Part shown: piece by piece, positions 1 through 12,100 of the stretch
How positions within the stretch are numbered: the first letter of the stretch is position 1
Layout of the letters: each line of letters starts with the position of its first letter
Assembly (NCBI GenBank): GCA_013239625.1
Contig: MU053934.1
Coordinates: 11,199,003-11,261,002, forward strand
Reading direction: 5' to 3'
Origin: Lama guanicoe
Lineage: Eukaryota
Length of the DNA stretch: 62,000 bases
Notes under the pieces: model-generated
The model's input: only the letters and a program-made list of their open reading frames with translations
Database searches by the model: none
Told to the model about the DNA's origin: nothing
Translations under genes and position numbers: made by a program

Positions 1-2021
1 GATCACTGGGGGCTCGCACCGGGCTGACTGAGGGCGCCATGCTGCTGTGCGTCACATTCAAAGAGGGATGTGCCCTGACCTGGGCCACACTGACCGTCCT
101 GGCTGCACCCAGCCTGGGCTTCGGGGACTGAGTCGCGGAAATGTCACTTTGGTTTGTCTCTAGGGCTGTCCAGGTCTGTTGAGTGACCACAGGTGGAGGC
201 CCCACGGCAGGGGTGCACAGGGCTCGCCGAGGGCCCAGGGGAGGTGGACAGGACACAGCTCGAAGGAACACATAGATCCCTGAGGTAGGCGCTGGGCTGG
301 CCCTGCAGTGGGTGCAGAGGAGTGCCGAGGGGGCCGGGGCCAGCAGGTCCTGACCCCAGGCCCAGTGTCAGCATCCAACTCCCGCACCGACTGCTGGAAA
401 AGCCTGGTGGGTGGGTGGTGACGTCCGACAGGCAAAAAAAAAAAAAAGATCTGTTTGTTGGGGAATGAGAGCACGGACAGAATTCTCTTTGGAAACTAAT
501 TGCCGGGTGAATTCTTCCCACCGAGGCCGTGACCAGGCAGGGTCCAGGCCGTGGGTTCCTTCGGCCCACTTCGCCCATTCCCGCCCGCTGCTGTCTTCTG
601 GCTTATTTACCGGCAGGAAGTTGCTCTTAAGTGCGCATCGGGGCACTTTTAAAACAGAACGTTAGCGCATCTCGGGAGCGCTTCTCCCTGGTTTGGGTTT
701 GTTTTAATTTGCAGCATCGCATGGTGAGGATTCCAGATCACGGCCTGCAGGCCTGGGGGTGAAGCGAGCACGCGGACTCTGTCAGCGTGTGTCTGCCTGC
801 CTCCAGGCCCGGGCGCCTCTGCCTCGCCGCCCCAGCCCCTCCGCTCTGCGGTGCTGGTGGTGTTTGTCCCCCGTGCCACACAGACACAGCACAGGATGAT
901 CACCCAGGCATTAGTCATCGCTGAGCTGGGGAGGCAAACAAAGACAGGCCGAAGCTTTGTTTCCAGGATGGGCACTGTGTCCTCGATGAACGGTGATTGT
1001 TACAAATGTGGGGTTTCAGGGATCCAGGTGGCCCGGCGCCGAGGGGAAGGAGGAGGCAGCCTGGCTGCGGGCGGCTCCCGTCGGTGAGGCCTGGAGGGTA
1101 GGCGGACCGGGAGGTAAAATTGCCACTCTGAGCTGCCCGCGTCTGTATTGTATTTGTCGTTAAGCGTCGCGTTCATTTCTGGGCGGCCCTGGGCTGCGTC
1201 AGCATGGCCCCCGTCCGCTGTCCTGCGTCCATGAACTTGGGGCGGCATCAGGGCCTCCAGTCATGAGCTGCTGGGAGGAGGGTCCCTGTTTGCTCAGCTC
1301 CTGCTCGGAGCCAACTGGAGCCCTGGGCTCGGCTGCAGAGAGGACCGGGACCCGTCAGGAGGGAAACGTGTTCCAGGAAAGGAGCCCAGTCTTCCGGGCA
1401 GCACTGGGCGGCCCAGGGTCGGGGCACAGGGCAGGGGGGCCTCTGCACCTTTCAGCCCTCCCGTGAGGACCACTCCCGAATGCCCTCCTTCCCCCGTGCT
1501 GGGACCTCCCTGGGCCCCACCCCTCGCAGCTGCTCCCCACCTCCCCTCCCTCACAGGCCCCCTGCGGCTTCTCTTCCCAGGACCCCTCCTGCTTGCATCC
1601 GGGACTGGGCGCGTTTCGCGTGAGGGACCTCGTCCCCTGCTGGTCGCTGGGTGCCGGGGTGAGCGATGGCACCCAGGTGACCACCACAGTCAGAGCGGCC
1701 CAGACGTCGGACGCAGGGCCGCAGTAAATGAGGAAAACAGTTGTGTCCGTATGAGGATGGAGACAAAGCCACCTTCCAGGGGCCTCTGAGGGGCTTTGCA
1801 GGACGTCTCAGCTCCGTGGGTGGCCGTTGCACGGGGAGGCTGGCAGCTGGCTCTCCTGGGGTGTTTTCCCAGGCCCAGGTCTGTGGCGGCTTTCGTCACT
1901 GCAGAGGTGTTTTGGGAGGGGCAAGGGGGCCGGGGTGTTGGGGGAGCCTCTGGGACCCCTGAGGGCCCCACCTGCCCCACCTCTCCTGACTGTGTCCACC
2001 CTCCAAGGCCACAGCTTCCCC

Positions 2022-2467
2022 TGTGTGAGTGCCCGGAGGCTGCAGGAACAAGTGACCACAAATGTAGTGACCGGAGCGCACAGATGCGCCGTCTCACGGC
2101 TCCGGAGGTCAGAGCTCTGAGCCGGCCTCACGGGGCAAAAGGCAGGGTGAGGGCACAGCCGGCTCCTCTGGGGCTCCAGGGAGAAGCTGGTTGGTTCCTG
2201 GCCTTTTCCAGCTTCTAAAGGCGCCCACCTCCCTTGGCGCCTACCCCCACCCCCAGCGCCCTTGGGGCGGTGTCTTCCTGCCCCTCTGGCTCTGACCCCG
2301 CCGCCCTCCCCTCAGGGGCCCTGTGCTGACACTGAGCGCACCTGGGCAACTCAGGCCCTCTTACCTGCACTTCATCACAGCCACTGGCTCTCTGACGCCG
2401 TGGCAGGGGACACACTGTCGGGCTCCAGGGATTGAGGCTCCTTTGGGGGCATTACTGGCCTGCCACG
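2022..2467 (-). mobile_element. MLT1 (ERVL-MaLR) solo LTR, MLT1D-like
   Basis: Contains gtctcacggctccggaggtcagag, ggccttttccagcttctaaaggcgcccac and tccagggattgagg…tttgggggcattac, in the order of the recalled reverse-complement MLT1D consensus. Confidence 0.75.
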
Positions 2468-2524
2468 CCCACCTAATGGTGGGGTCCCACCTGGGCTGAC
2501 CCTCCTGGGGTCAGGGAGCCGCCT

Positions 2525-2574
2525 GGACCCCCGACCCAGGACCCCCCGACCCAGGACCCCCCGACTCAGGACCC
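2525..2574. repeat. Short tandem repeat, about 15-bp unit ggaccccccgaccca, about 3.4 copies
   Basis: Read directly from the sequence. Confidence 0.9.
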
Positions 2575-3449
2575 GCCTTCAAGCCCAGGAGGCTCCTTCC
2601 AGGTTGGCCTGGCCCCGCCCTCTCGGGCGCCTCCTCCGCCCTCTCCCGGCAGCCCTCGGCCTGGTGGGCGTCAGAGGCCCTGGAGGGCTTGTGGGTCACC
2701 CCGGGGCTCTGAGCCAGCGCATCTGGGCATCTCTGACGTGGAGAGCCCCGATTCTGCCTGCTCGTGGGGGTGCCCTCCGCTGCCTCCCGGCTGAGCCCCT
2801 ATCGAGGCTGGAGACCCGATGTGGGGGCACTTCCTGCCTCACTGGCCAGCCGCCGTCAACCAGGTACACCTGAGGTTCCCGTCCGGCTGAGCACGGCCGC
2901 CAGGTCGCAGGAGGGTGGAGGCGGGCTCCAGGCAGCCCCTGGGCGGCTTCCAGGGACCGCGGGCACCAGCCTTTCAGGGGCTGGTGGGAGGCAGGGCTCC
3001 ATCACTGGCGTCACGGTCACAGGGGAAGCAGGCACGCCTGGCCCAGTGCTCCCAGGTGAAGAGGACACCGGCTGTGCATGTGCACAGTGGGAAGGTTCCT
3101 ACACCCTTGCCAGGATCCTAGAGGCGCTCGGCTGCAGGGCCCTCATTGTGGACGGATGGACAGCCGACTCCCAAGTCCTCGGTGGGCTTGGTCGAGCGGG
3201 TGCAGCGGCCAAGCCTTCAGAGAGCTGCCGCCCACAGCCACATCCATGGGTGGCCACGCAATGCCCTGGAGCCTCCAGGTCCCTGGTCCCGGGCCTTTGT
3301 CCTGCGGGACAGGGCGGGCATCTGAGGACCGCTCAGTCCCGTTAACACTGTTCGAGTGCCGGCTCCCCGCAGCTGACTCGCAGGGGCTCCCGGGGGACAG
3401 CTCTCACTGCTGCCTCCTTCCTGGTCCCCGGGGAAGAGACAATGTCCCG

Positions 3450-3850
3450 TGAATGCATTTGCATGCTGATCACGCTGCCATTATGTATCCGCGTTTTTAT
3501 CATGAGAAGAATGAGATAATCACGTTGGTATCTACTGAATAGACTTTAAAAGATTGCAAGACGGCACTTTCGTTGGGAGAGGGGAATTAGTTTAAAAATA
3601 CGCTGTCAAAATATGTTGTTCTAAATGCTGAGATGATGGTTCTTTTGTTTTGCTTTGTTTCTTGAATGTGTCATTAGGAGAAATTAACAATGACATCGAC
3701 TGTGAGACGGGCCACCGCTCCTCGGAAGGGAGGTGCTGAGTTGTTCTTGTCATTTTTCTGAAATGATTTCTTTGCCTTTAAGTATTACATCTCTCGTGCA
3801 GAAAGCCCATCGTAGCTTTTCATTCCTTTTGTGAAAGTCAGATGTGTGCG
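3450..3850. promoter_or_regulatory. Candidate enhancer (AT-rich island)
   Basis: Abruptly AT-rich block with the octamer ATTTGCAT (3457-3464) and SOX-like AACAAT (3686-3691); no repeat recognised. Confidence 0.4.
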
Positions 3851-6800
3851 TTGGGAGAACTCAGGACGTCCCTTCGGGGCCCGCAACGGCCTCCGCCCGC
3901 TCCCGGCGTGGGCTGGGTCCAGCCCCGGGGGGACGTGGGTCCCCGGCCCCAGGCTGGGCTGTGCGGGCCACACGCCCCAATGTGTTGTCTCAACTCCCTA
4001 TAGCTCTCGTCCGTGTTTCGGAGCCCAGCCAGGTCCACCCTCTGAGGACACCTAGAGCAGGGCAGCGTGAATGCTTCCCAGGCCGACGGGCAAATGCCTG
4101 TGCGTTACGTGAGGTGGGTGTGTGTCTGCGTCCGCGGGTGAGCAGGTGACTGAATGAGTGAATGGGCGAATGGCTTCAGGAACGCAGGGCGGCCGAGGGG
4201 AGCCGTGGCCCCACGCCGGGGGCTCCCTGCTGAGGAGCCCGCACCTCGATGTCCTCTTCCTGAGACCCCTCCCTGGAGGTCGTGCTGTCTGAGCCTCAGG
4301 CCCACAGCAGAGGCGGGAGCCACCTGCTCCCTCCCTCCCTTCTCCCATCCTGCCCAGAATCCTCTCCTGGGAAGATTCTGGGATCCCAGAGGCCGCCGGG
4401 ACCCAGAGCAGGGAAAGGCGCGCGCTGACCCTGGCAGGACTCCAGCAGGGGGGCGGTGGCAGCTCCCAGCAGCCCCCAGGCCGTAACCCCTCCTGCCTGG
4501 AGGATCGATCACCCTGGCCCTGGACTGTAGAACCTTCCAGAAGGCAGACCAGGCATGGCTCAGGGAAGACGGGGCAGGCATAGAGTCAGTGTGTCAGGGA
4601 GGATGGGGGCCCCAACACGGACCCTGAGGTGGGCAGCAGGCAGCCCCCAGCTCCACCCCGGAGCCCTCCGCCGGCCTGTCCCAGGGAAGCCCGGGAGGCA
4701 TCGCAGCTCAGGGTGGTGGTGACTCAGAGACACGCCCGGGGGCACAGCGAGGACAGCGTTTTGCGCATTTAAATTTCAATAATTCTTTTTCCAGAGTGAG
4801 AAGGAAACATAGATCACTGCACCAGTTAAGAACACACTTCCCGGAAGGACACGCAGGCCCCCCTCGTGCCTCATCCAGAAGTTCCCACCCCACCCAGTGC
4901 TGGGCAGTCCCGGTGCCACTCTGGCGGGGGCCAGACCAGGTGCCTGGCCACTGGCACCCCCCGCCTCCCCAGAGCCCCACAGGGAGGCGCCCACCCTCCT
5001 CCCGGGGTCCGAGCGGGTGAGGGCGGCCCAGAGAAGGCGAATGGAGGAGAAATGCCCAGGGGCTGCCAGGGCTGTGGGTCTCCCCGGGCTGCTGTGCCCC
5101 CCACCCAGGGGCCCAGGAGGGCAGCCGAGCCGCACGGTGGCTGCTGCTCCGGGCGGCAGCCCCTGGGGAGGAGCTGGTTTCTCCTGTCTTGAGGCAGCTC
5201 TGGGCAGCCCCAGGGGCCCTCGTGGGGGGGGGCGTGCGCCTGATCTCGGTGGGGGATGCGGGTGGTAGGGGCCGTCAGGGGGCCCCGTGGACGCACAAAG
5301 CAGCCATCTCCCTCGTGGGCATGTGGTTCTCGCTTCCGTCGAGGCTGGGTGGGGGTGGCAGGGACATCCGGCTCACGTTGGGTTCCAGCCCATAAGCCCT
5401 TCCTGAGCGTGGGGGCCCCGGACAGACGGGGTCTCAGCCCTCGGGAAGCTGGCGTCCCAGTGTGTGTGCACACGCGTGCGGGGTGTCTGAGAGCACGTGT
5501 GTGTGTGGACATCACCCTCGTGGGTGCCTGTTTGTGCGTGTGAGGCTGCATGCGGAGGAGTTGCGTGCGACTCCGTCTGGGGCTCCGGGCTCACTGCACC
5601 CCCAGGCTCTGACCAAGCCCAGCCTCCACGCTCCTTCCTGGCCCTGCAGCCCGGCCAGTGACTCCCACCCTTTCCCGCAGCCCTGCTGTTTGAGTGGCTG
5701 CTGCCACGATGTGGAAAGTCCCCCTGGAGGGAGGGAGGCTGTGCAGGAAAGAAAGGCTCTTCCTCCTGGAAACTGGCACGTGGACCCCAGCCCAGGTGTG
5801 CAGGGCAGTTCCCACCAGATTGGGGCTTCTCCGCTTCCTTGAAGTGGTGCCCCACTGGTGGGCCTGCATCTTCCTTGCTGAGTGGCCCCGTGGCCTCCTC
5901 ACTGTAGGACGAGGCCTTAACCCTCGGAAGTTCCAGAGACAGCAGGTCCTCAGCCCTGTGGTGGGGGGGACATTAGTTGGCAAAGTGGCCCCACCTGGCC
6001 AACAGGCCCAGACAAGGGGACCGTCCAGGAGCCTCTGAGCAGGCAGACGCCACTGGACAACCTCGGGGGCCCAGGAGCCAGGCTCTGAAACTTGATTTTG
6101 GGAGAACGGGTGGGAGGAGCAGAGGACAGTGAGGGGACAGTGTTCCGGGCAGAAAGCCCAGCCTAGGCAGAGGCCTGGGGTGGGGACTCTGCACAGGGTG
6201 AGCGGTGGGCAGGCCACTAGGCCACAGAGGCCACTGACCAAAGCAAAGAACACCATGAAGGGTCATAACATGGCAGTGACCAATGAAACCTTTTTTATTT
6301 CTAGGAACTTGCTCTGAGGCCCACGTGTCTGAGCTCCCTGTGAAGGCGGGGAGATCCAAGGCCTTCAGGGCGTCCAGGCAGGAGACCCGGGTCTGGGCGG
6401 GAGCGCAGGCTGTCTGGCCGGACGTCCCGGGATCCGGGCTGGACTGTGTGAGCTGGACTTTCAGTCCCAGTGTGGCGGTGGGCTGGGTGTGCGGTGCAGG
6501 GGAGCAGGTGGGTGAGTGTGGCTGGGCAGGGCCAGGGGGCGGGGAACTCTTGAAGGAAGGGCCGTCGAGTGAGGTGGGATCCTGGACGAGCTGGGGCGGC
6601 CCTCGGCGTCCGCTGTGGACTAGGCCTTGGGCCCTGTGTGCATGGCTGTGGGACGGGGCAGCCTTGCCCGCTTCTGCGCTGGTGACCCTGCAGCCTCTCG
6701 GTCACCATGGAGACCCTAGGAGGAGGCGGGGCTGCATCCCCACTTCTGTAGCAGCAGCAGTTCAGCAAATCTCCTCTCCTCTGCCTGTGATGTCCGAGGT

Positions 6801-7859
6801 TGTCTGACCAGCAGGCGGTCCGGAGCCACGCGCTCCTCGCGCCATGTCTTCCTAAAAAGATGCGGGCAGAGCCAGCCTCCCTCGTCAGCTGGCTCAGGGG
6901 CAGGGGGTCATCCAGTCCAACTGGCTGGTGTTTTACCAGGAGAGGAACTGAGGCCCAGGGCAGATAGCGGGCCGGCAGGGCTCTCCTGTCTGCCACCGGC
7001 GTGCAGGTAGGGGTCACCACTGAGGAGGGTGAGTGGGCTTGGGGTCTTCGGGGTGGGAGGAGCAGAGATGGGAGGCCCCCCGGCAGGGCCCCCGTGAGTG
7101 AGCGGGGAGTGCATCCCCCCCCCAGCCTGCAGCTGTGTCCTCGCCCGGCGCCCAGGCTGCAGTGGCGTCCCGGCAGGTGCAGGGCTGTCTGCTCAGGCCC
7201 GCCCTCCACACCCGACTGCGGGCGCACGGTGGTGCTCGGCCAGAGCAGGACCCCGCATGCTCCAAAACGCCAGGAAAGGTCCGCGGCTGGAGCGGCGGGG
7301 GCCTGGCACTGACTGGAGGAGGGTCTCTCGAGGGTCACCAAGTCCTGGAATTTCTTTCCCGACGGGCATCCAGCCTCCGGCCAGAACAAAATGTCACGCT
7401 GTGCCGTCACCCAGAGAAGGTCATTTCACTTTTCCCCACTTTTATTTTTCCTCTTCCCACCCATCCCTTCTCTCTGGACAGAGAAGCCAGTGTCTGGACC
7501 AAGATGAGAACATTAGGTCGAGGCTGGGCCTGCGGCCGGGCACAGCGGGGTCCTCGCCCTTTGCTGGGAAGTGCGGAGGGCGCCTCTGTGGTCTGTGGGC
7601 AGGGGCTCCGTGCCCCAAAGTGCAGCGAGGGAGCCTCGGCACCAAGGCCCCTGGGAGACACAGAGAGGCCAGCGCAGATGATGCGGGGACAGGCCTTCTT
7701 CCCGGGTTCTGCCCAGGGGTCCCCATGGAGGTGGCCCTGCCCAGTCTGCGATGGAGCTGATGGGGTGCCAGGGCAGAGAGGAGAGGCCGTGTGTGCCGGG
7801 CAGGAGGGTGAGGAGAGCAGAGGGCCGGGTGGGTAGGGGCATGGAGGCTGCGGGGCCGG

Positions 7860-8179
7860 NNNNNNNNNNNNNNNNNNNNNNNNNNNNNNNNNNNNNNNNN
7901 NNNNNNNNNNNNNNNNNNNNNNNNNNNNNNNNNNNNNNNNNNNNNNNNNNNNNNNNNNNNNNNNNNNNNNNNNNNNNNNNNNNNNNNNNNNNNNNNNNNN
8001 NNNNNNNNNNNNNNNNNNNNNNNNNNNNNNNNNNNNNNNNNNNNNNNNNNNNNNNNNNNNNNNNNNNNNNNNNNNNNNNNNNNNNNNNNNNNNNNNNNNN
8101 NNNNNNNNNNNNNNNNNNNNNNNNNNNNNNNNNNNNNNNNNNNNNNNNNNNNNNNNNNNNNNNNNNNNNNNNNNNNNNN
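7860..8179. other. Assembly gap (320 N)
   Basis: Run of N, with the same 14-mer ggctgcggggccgg on both sides. Confidence 1.
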
Positions 8180-8729
8180 GGCTGCGGGGCCGGGCGGGAG
8201 GGAGATGTGGTCAGAGCCCGCAGAGCCCGCAGGGGCCGTGGGATTAGCTGACGCCCAGGGTTGAGCTCCTGGTTGCACGTCCCCTCCCTCCTGTGTTAGT
8301 TGGGGGTGCCTGGCTGGGGGCCTCGGGGGTCAGGGAAGGGCTTGGATCTGGTGACCACTGTGGTCAGGTCGGCCCGGAGAAAGGTGGCCCTGCAGTGGTT
8401 CAGAGGGAGGGGTGCAGGGTGGGGCGGCTGATCAGTGCTCTGGTGGTGGGGCCCCGGTTACACTTGATACGGAGCCACACCTGTCCCTCTGGTCCCCTCA
8501 TGTCCTTCCAGCCTCACTTGTCCCTGGTCGAGGCTGGGACGGCTCTGCCACCTGTGCCTATGAGTCCTTGGACGCCTCCCCTCCCCCCCAGGACCCTCCC
8601 CCCCGCCCCTGGGCTGCTGGGTGTGGGGCTCCCCCACCGGAGGACGCCCCTGGCCCGGCTCCCGGGCCTGGCGGGACTGACCAGGGCGGGGTCAGAACAC
8701 TTCGTCATGGAGCATTACGGTTCTGATTC

Positions 8730-9145
8730 CGTGTGTGTGTGTGTGAGTGTGCCCACACGTGGCTCCTGAGAAGGTGCAATGTTTCCAGGGGATCATGTGG
8801 GGCGACAGTCCCACTGTGTGTGCACACGACTCCTAGAAACATATCTTCTCCACATGCAGGCACGCTCCCCGTCTCCCCGTAATCCCGCGCGTGTGTGTGT
8901 GCGTGTGGAGAAGACACAAGTTTACGACTCCTGTGCACGGAGAGGGGACGGCAGCGTGGAGTGACCTCTGTGTTGAGACGAACCATCTGACTCGCATGTT
9001 GGTGGGTGTGTGTACATCACAGACGTGTACGAGACACGCGTATGCAAAGGATGATTGAACGCGTCGTGTGTGTGTGTGTGCGTGTGCGCTCACCCCCATG
9101 CACACACAGCAGGGACCATGCACACGCACACGCCTGCACACACTG
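8730..9145. repeat. Degenerate (TG)n/(CA)n-rich region
   Basis: Several interrupted TG runs (about 8731, 8891, 9066) followed by CA-rich runs (about 9099-9143). Confidence 0.75.
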
Positions 9146-11774
9146 CAGGGAAAGAGCCCCTCTGCTCTCTGGTCCGTGCAGGGAAGCTGACCCAGAGCCA
9201 GCAGCGGTTCTCAGCAGCTGGTGGTTTTCTTCTGAAACTCGGCAGAAGCAGCCGTCCGTGCGGACGCGGGACTCGGTCTTCGTGTGCCCCCCGCGCACAC
9301 GCACACCCAGTTAACCCGCAGCGCGGGCCTGTTGAGACACAAGGAGGAGCCTGGTCTGTCCGCGGGCTTCCCCCTCCTCAAGCCAGGAAACGAGCGGGTT
9401 CCCCTGGCTTGCTGACGAGTTCTGGCCTGCGCCGGGCGTCAGCCCGGGGAGCCGCCAGTGCCGTGCGGGCGGACGCAGGGTCTGTGTGCGCCGACGCGGC
9501 GCGCTGTCCGGGGCCCGGGGCCCGGGGCCCGGCCTGTTGTGCCCAGCATTCCGCTAGAGGAACATGGGCTGCAGCCTGGTTCTCAAAATGTGACATTTCA
9601 AAAGCACACGAGGAGCTGTTCACTCGTGGGTTTCCCTGTCAACAGCACACCCGTCCTCCGTGGCGGCCTGGCTGCCGGCCCGGCCAGCCTCCTGGCCCAC
9701 GACAGGCTACCTCTGTTTCCGCAGGGACGGCCACAGGGCACGCGGACAGGGCGGCGGCTCCGCAGCTGGGCAGAGTGTGGGCCGTGGGGGAGGTGGGCTC
9801 CGGCTGTGGGGGCCTGGTGGCCGCCCCCTCCTCCCCGCCTCCCTCCGCTCTTCGTACCTGGGGTCTCGTGTTGGCGTGGCTGTCCAGGATGGTCCATGTC
9901 TGCGGGTTGGGTGTCCCTGGTGGGATGAAGGAAGGGGCTGGGGCTCAAATCCTGACTCGGCCACCTCGCGCCGTGCAGCCCCGGCCAGCATGTGTTCTCT
10001 GATTCTCCACAGCTGGTCACCAACGTGCATCAACAGGGCTCTTCTGAGCTCCAGGTGACGTGTGGCTCCTTGTGGGTGTGGACTGAAGGTCACGGCCTCC
10101 TCCTTGTTCAAGGAGAAGCCCTGCAGGGGGGCACCTGGGGCTCTTCCCTGCCCCCCCCAGCTTACCCCATTGGACGGGGGCCGGGGCGTCTCCATGGACA
10201 CCCCCGCCGTGGATTCCAGGCAGCGTAAGGCTGTCATTGTCACCTGCTGTGGGGCACTTCTTGCCTGCAGCCCGATTCTGTATTTCCAAGGAGCGAAGAG
10301 TGAATGTTACCCCCTTAAAGGGCTATCACAGCAACAGAGGGAGAACGTGAGTGACAAGGTTGGTGCAAAGTGTGTGGTAGATTCGTCTGCTCGGGCGTGA
10401 ACACACACAGCTTACACATCTTGGGCACATACCCATTTCGGTAAACTGACGGGATGCGGGCGCGGGAGGTTTGGAGGGCTGGGGCGGGAAGCCGCAGCTC
10501 CGGTCAGGCGAGGCCGGTTCCGCTGACTGAAGGACCCCGAGGCCTTCCGTGACCCGCCCAGTAATTGCTGTTTTCAGACCCTGCTTTCTTGGGACATAAT
10601 GACATTTCTCCATCACAAAGGATGCTGGCTTTGTGATAATGAAGGCAAGGCCCTGGAGAGGTGGCCAGAAAGACCCTGGTGGGCCCTCAAATTGGTTCAT
10701 TTGCCAGGTAATCAGCGGCAGTGGAGGCGCCGTGAGAGACCCGGCTTGGTGTAGACGGTGCGCGGTCGGGCCCCGCGGGACGGGTGTGGGTGGGCGGCCT
10801 CCCTCGGAAAGTGACTGGTTCGGTTTCTCAGGCAAGAAGAGCAGTTTGATTTCCCTTTTGGTACCTGGGCTGAAACGACGAGAATTACTCTGCTGGCTTT
10901 TCCTGAAGACAGAGTGCGTGGGGACGGCTGTCGTTCGTCGGGGGGTGTCTCTGGCCCCTCTTCTGCTGTTTGGGGCGGGCGCGGTGCTTGTGAGGCGTGG
11001 GGGGGTGTGCCGCAGCAGTGAGGAGTGAGGCTGACCGAGGGCGTCGTGGGCGGGAGCACCACGCGCCGTCCTGTGCCGGGACCTCCAGGCCTTCGGGGTC
11101 TGGTCTCGCCCTCTCGGGCCCTCAGGACACGGGCCAAGGTCCCCGAGAGCCCGTTCCGTGTGGACACCTCTGCCATGCCGGGGGCCCCGGCACCTGTAGC
11201 CCGACTGGCCATCACTGGAGCCTCCGCTCCAAGGAAGAGAAGCCACAAGCAGGAAAATAAATCGGCGGCAGATACATCCAGTGGCCAGAGGGTCCCTCCA
11301 GAACTGGACGTGGACCTGGAGCTTGGCGGTGGCAGGAGGCTGCGGGGGCAGCGGGTCAGGGAGGACTGCTCCCAGGAGGCGACGTTTTAGTGAGCGCTGG
11401 AGGGCGAGAAGGCAGAGGTGGTCTTGTACGGGGGCACTGCTGCGTCCCAAACCTTCAGCGGGTCCAGGGCTGGCCTGTGGCCGCCTGGAGTGGGGGACAC
11501 AGGTGGGAGAGGCTTTGGTTTGGTTCCACATGTGACGGAGCCTCAGGCGGACACAGTCTGATTCAGGCCCTAAGGGCTCCCACACTGGGGGGGTCATGGA
11601 TTGGGGTGGTGAGTGGGACAGGAGGGGGCCAATGGGAAGGGGATGGGGGAGTCAGGGTAGCTGGCGGTGCTCGGGTGAGGGGAGAGGGGGCCCTGGTGGC
11701 CCTGAGCCATCTCATCCCAGCCGTGCCGGGGGAGGGACACCCCCTGGAGCTGAGCCCCAGGAGGTCACAGAACT

Positions 11775-12100
11775 GAGATGCTATCGGTTACAGGTGGCAG
11801 AGAGCTCGACTAAAACCAGCTTAAACAGAAAAGGGGCCAGTGGCTCCCAGCACGGGGAGGAGGGCTGTGGGTGCCCCTGCCCCTCTCGGGGGCCCCTCAC
11901 CCGACGAGCCTGCCAGCCACACCCAGGGCTGCCTCTCCCCTCCCAGCGCTGGGCTCAGACCCAGGCCCGGCCTTCTGGGGGGAGGCTGAGCTGTGTCGTG
12001 GCTGGACCGGCCAGGGTAACAGACCCACTCTTGTGCCACAAACTGTGGGCAGGAGACGGAGGACGCTGTGGCCTGGGTGGTGGGGCCGCCCCAGGAGATG
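11775..12100 (-). mobile_element. Old MaLR LTR fragment (MLT1J/K-like)
   Basis: ggttacaggtggcagagagctcgactaaaaccagcttaaacagaaaagggg resembles the recalled MLT1J/K terminal segment; highly diverged. Confidence 0.45.

Noticed and set aside
10326..11597. 423-aa minus-strand ORF and similar 200-370 aa ORFs elsewhere
   Set aside because: No homology recognised, overlapping ORFs occur in many frames, and composition is low-complexity.
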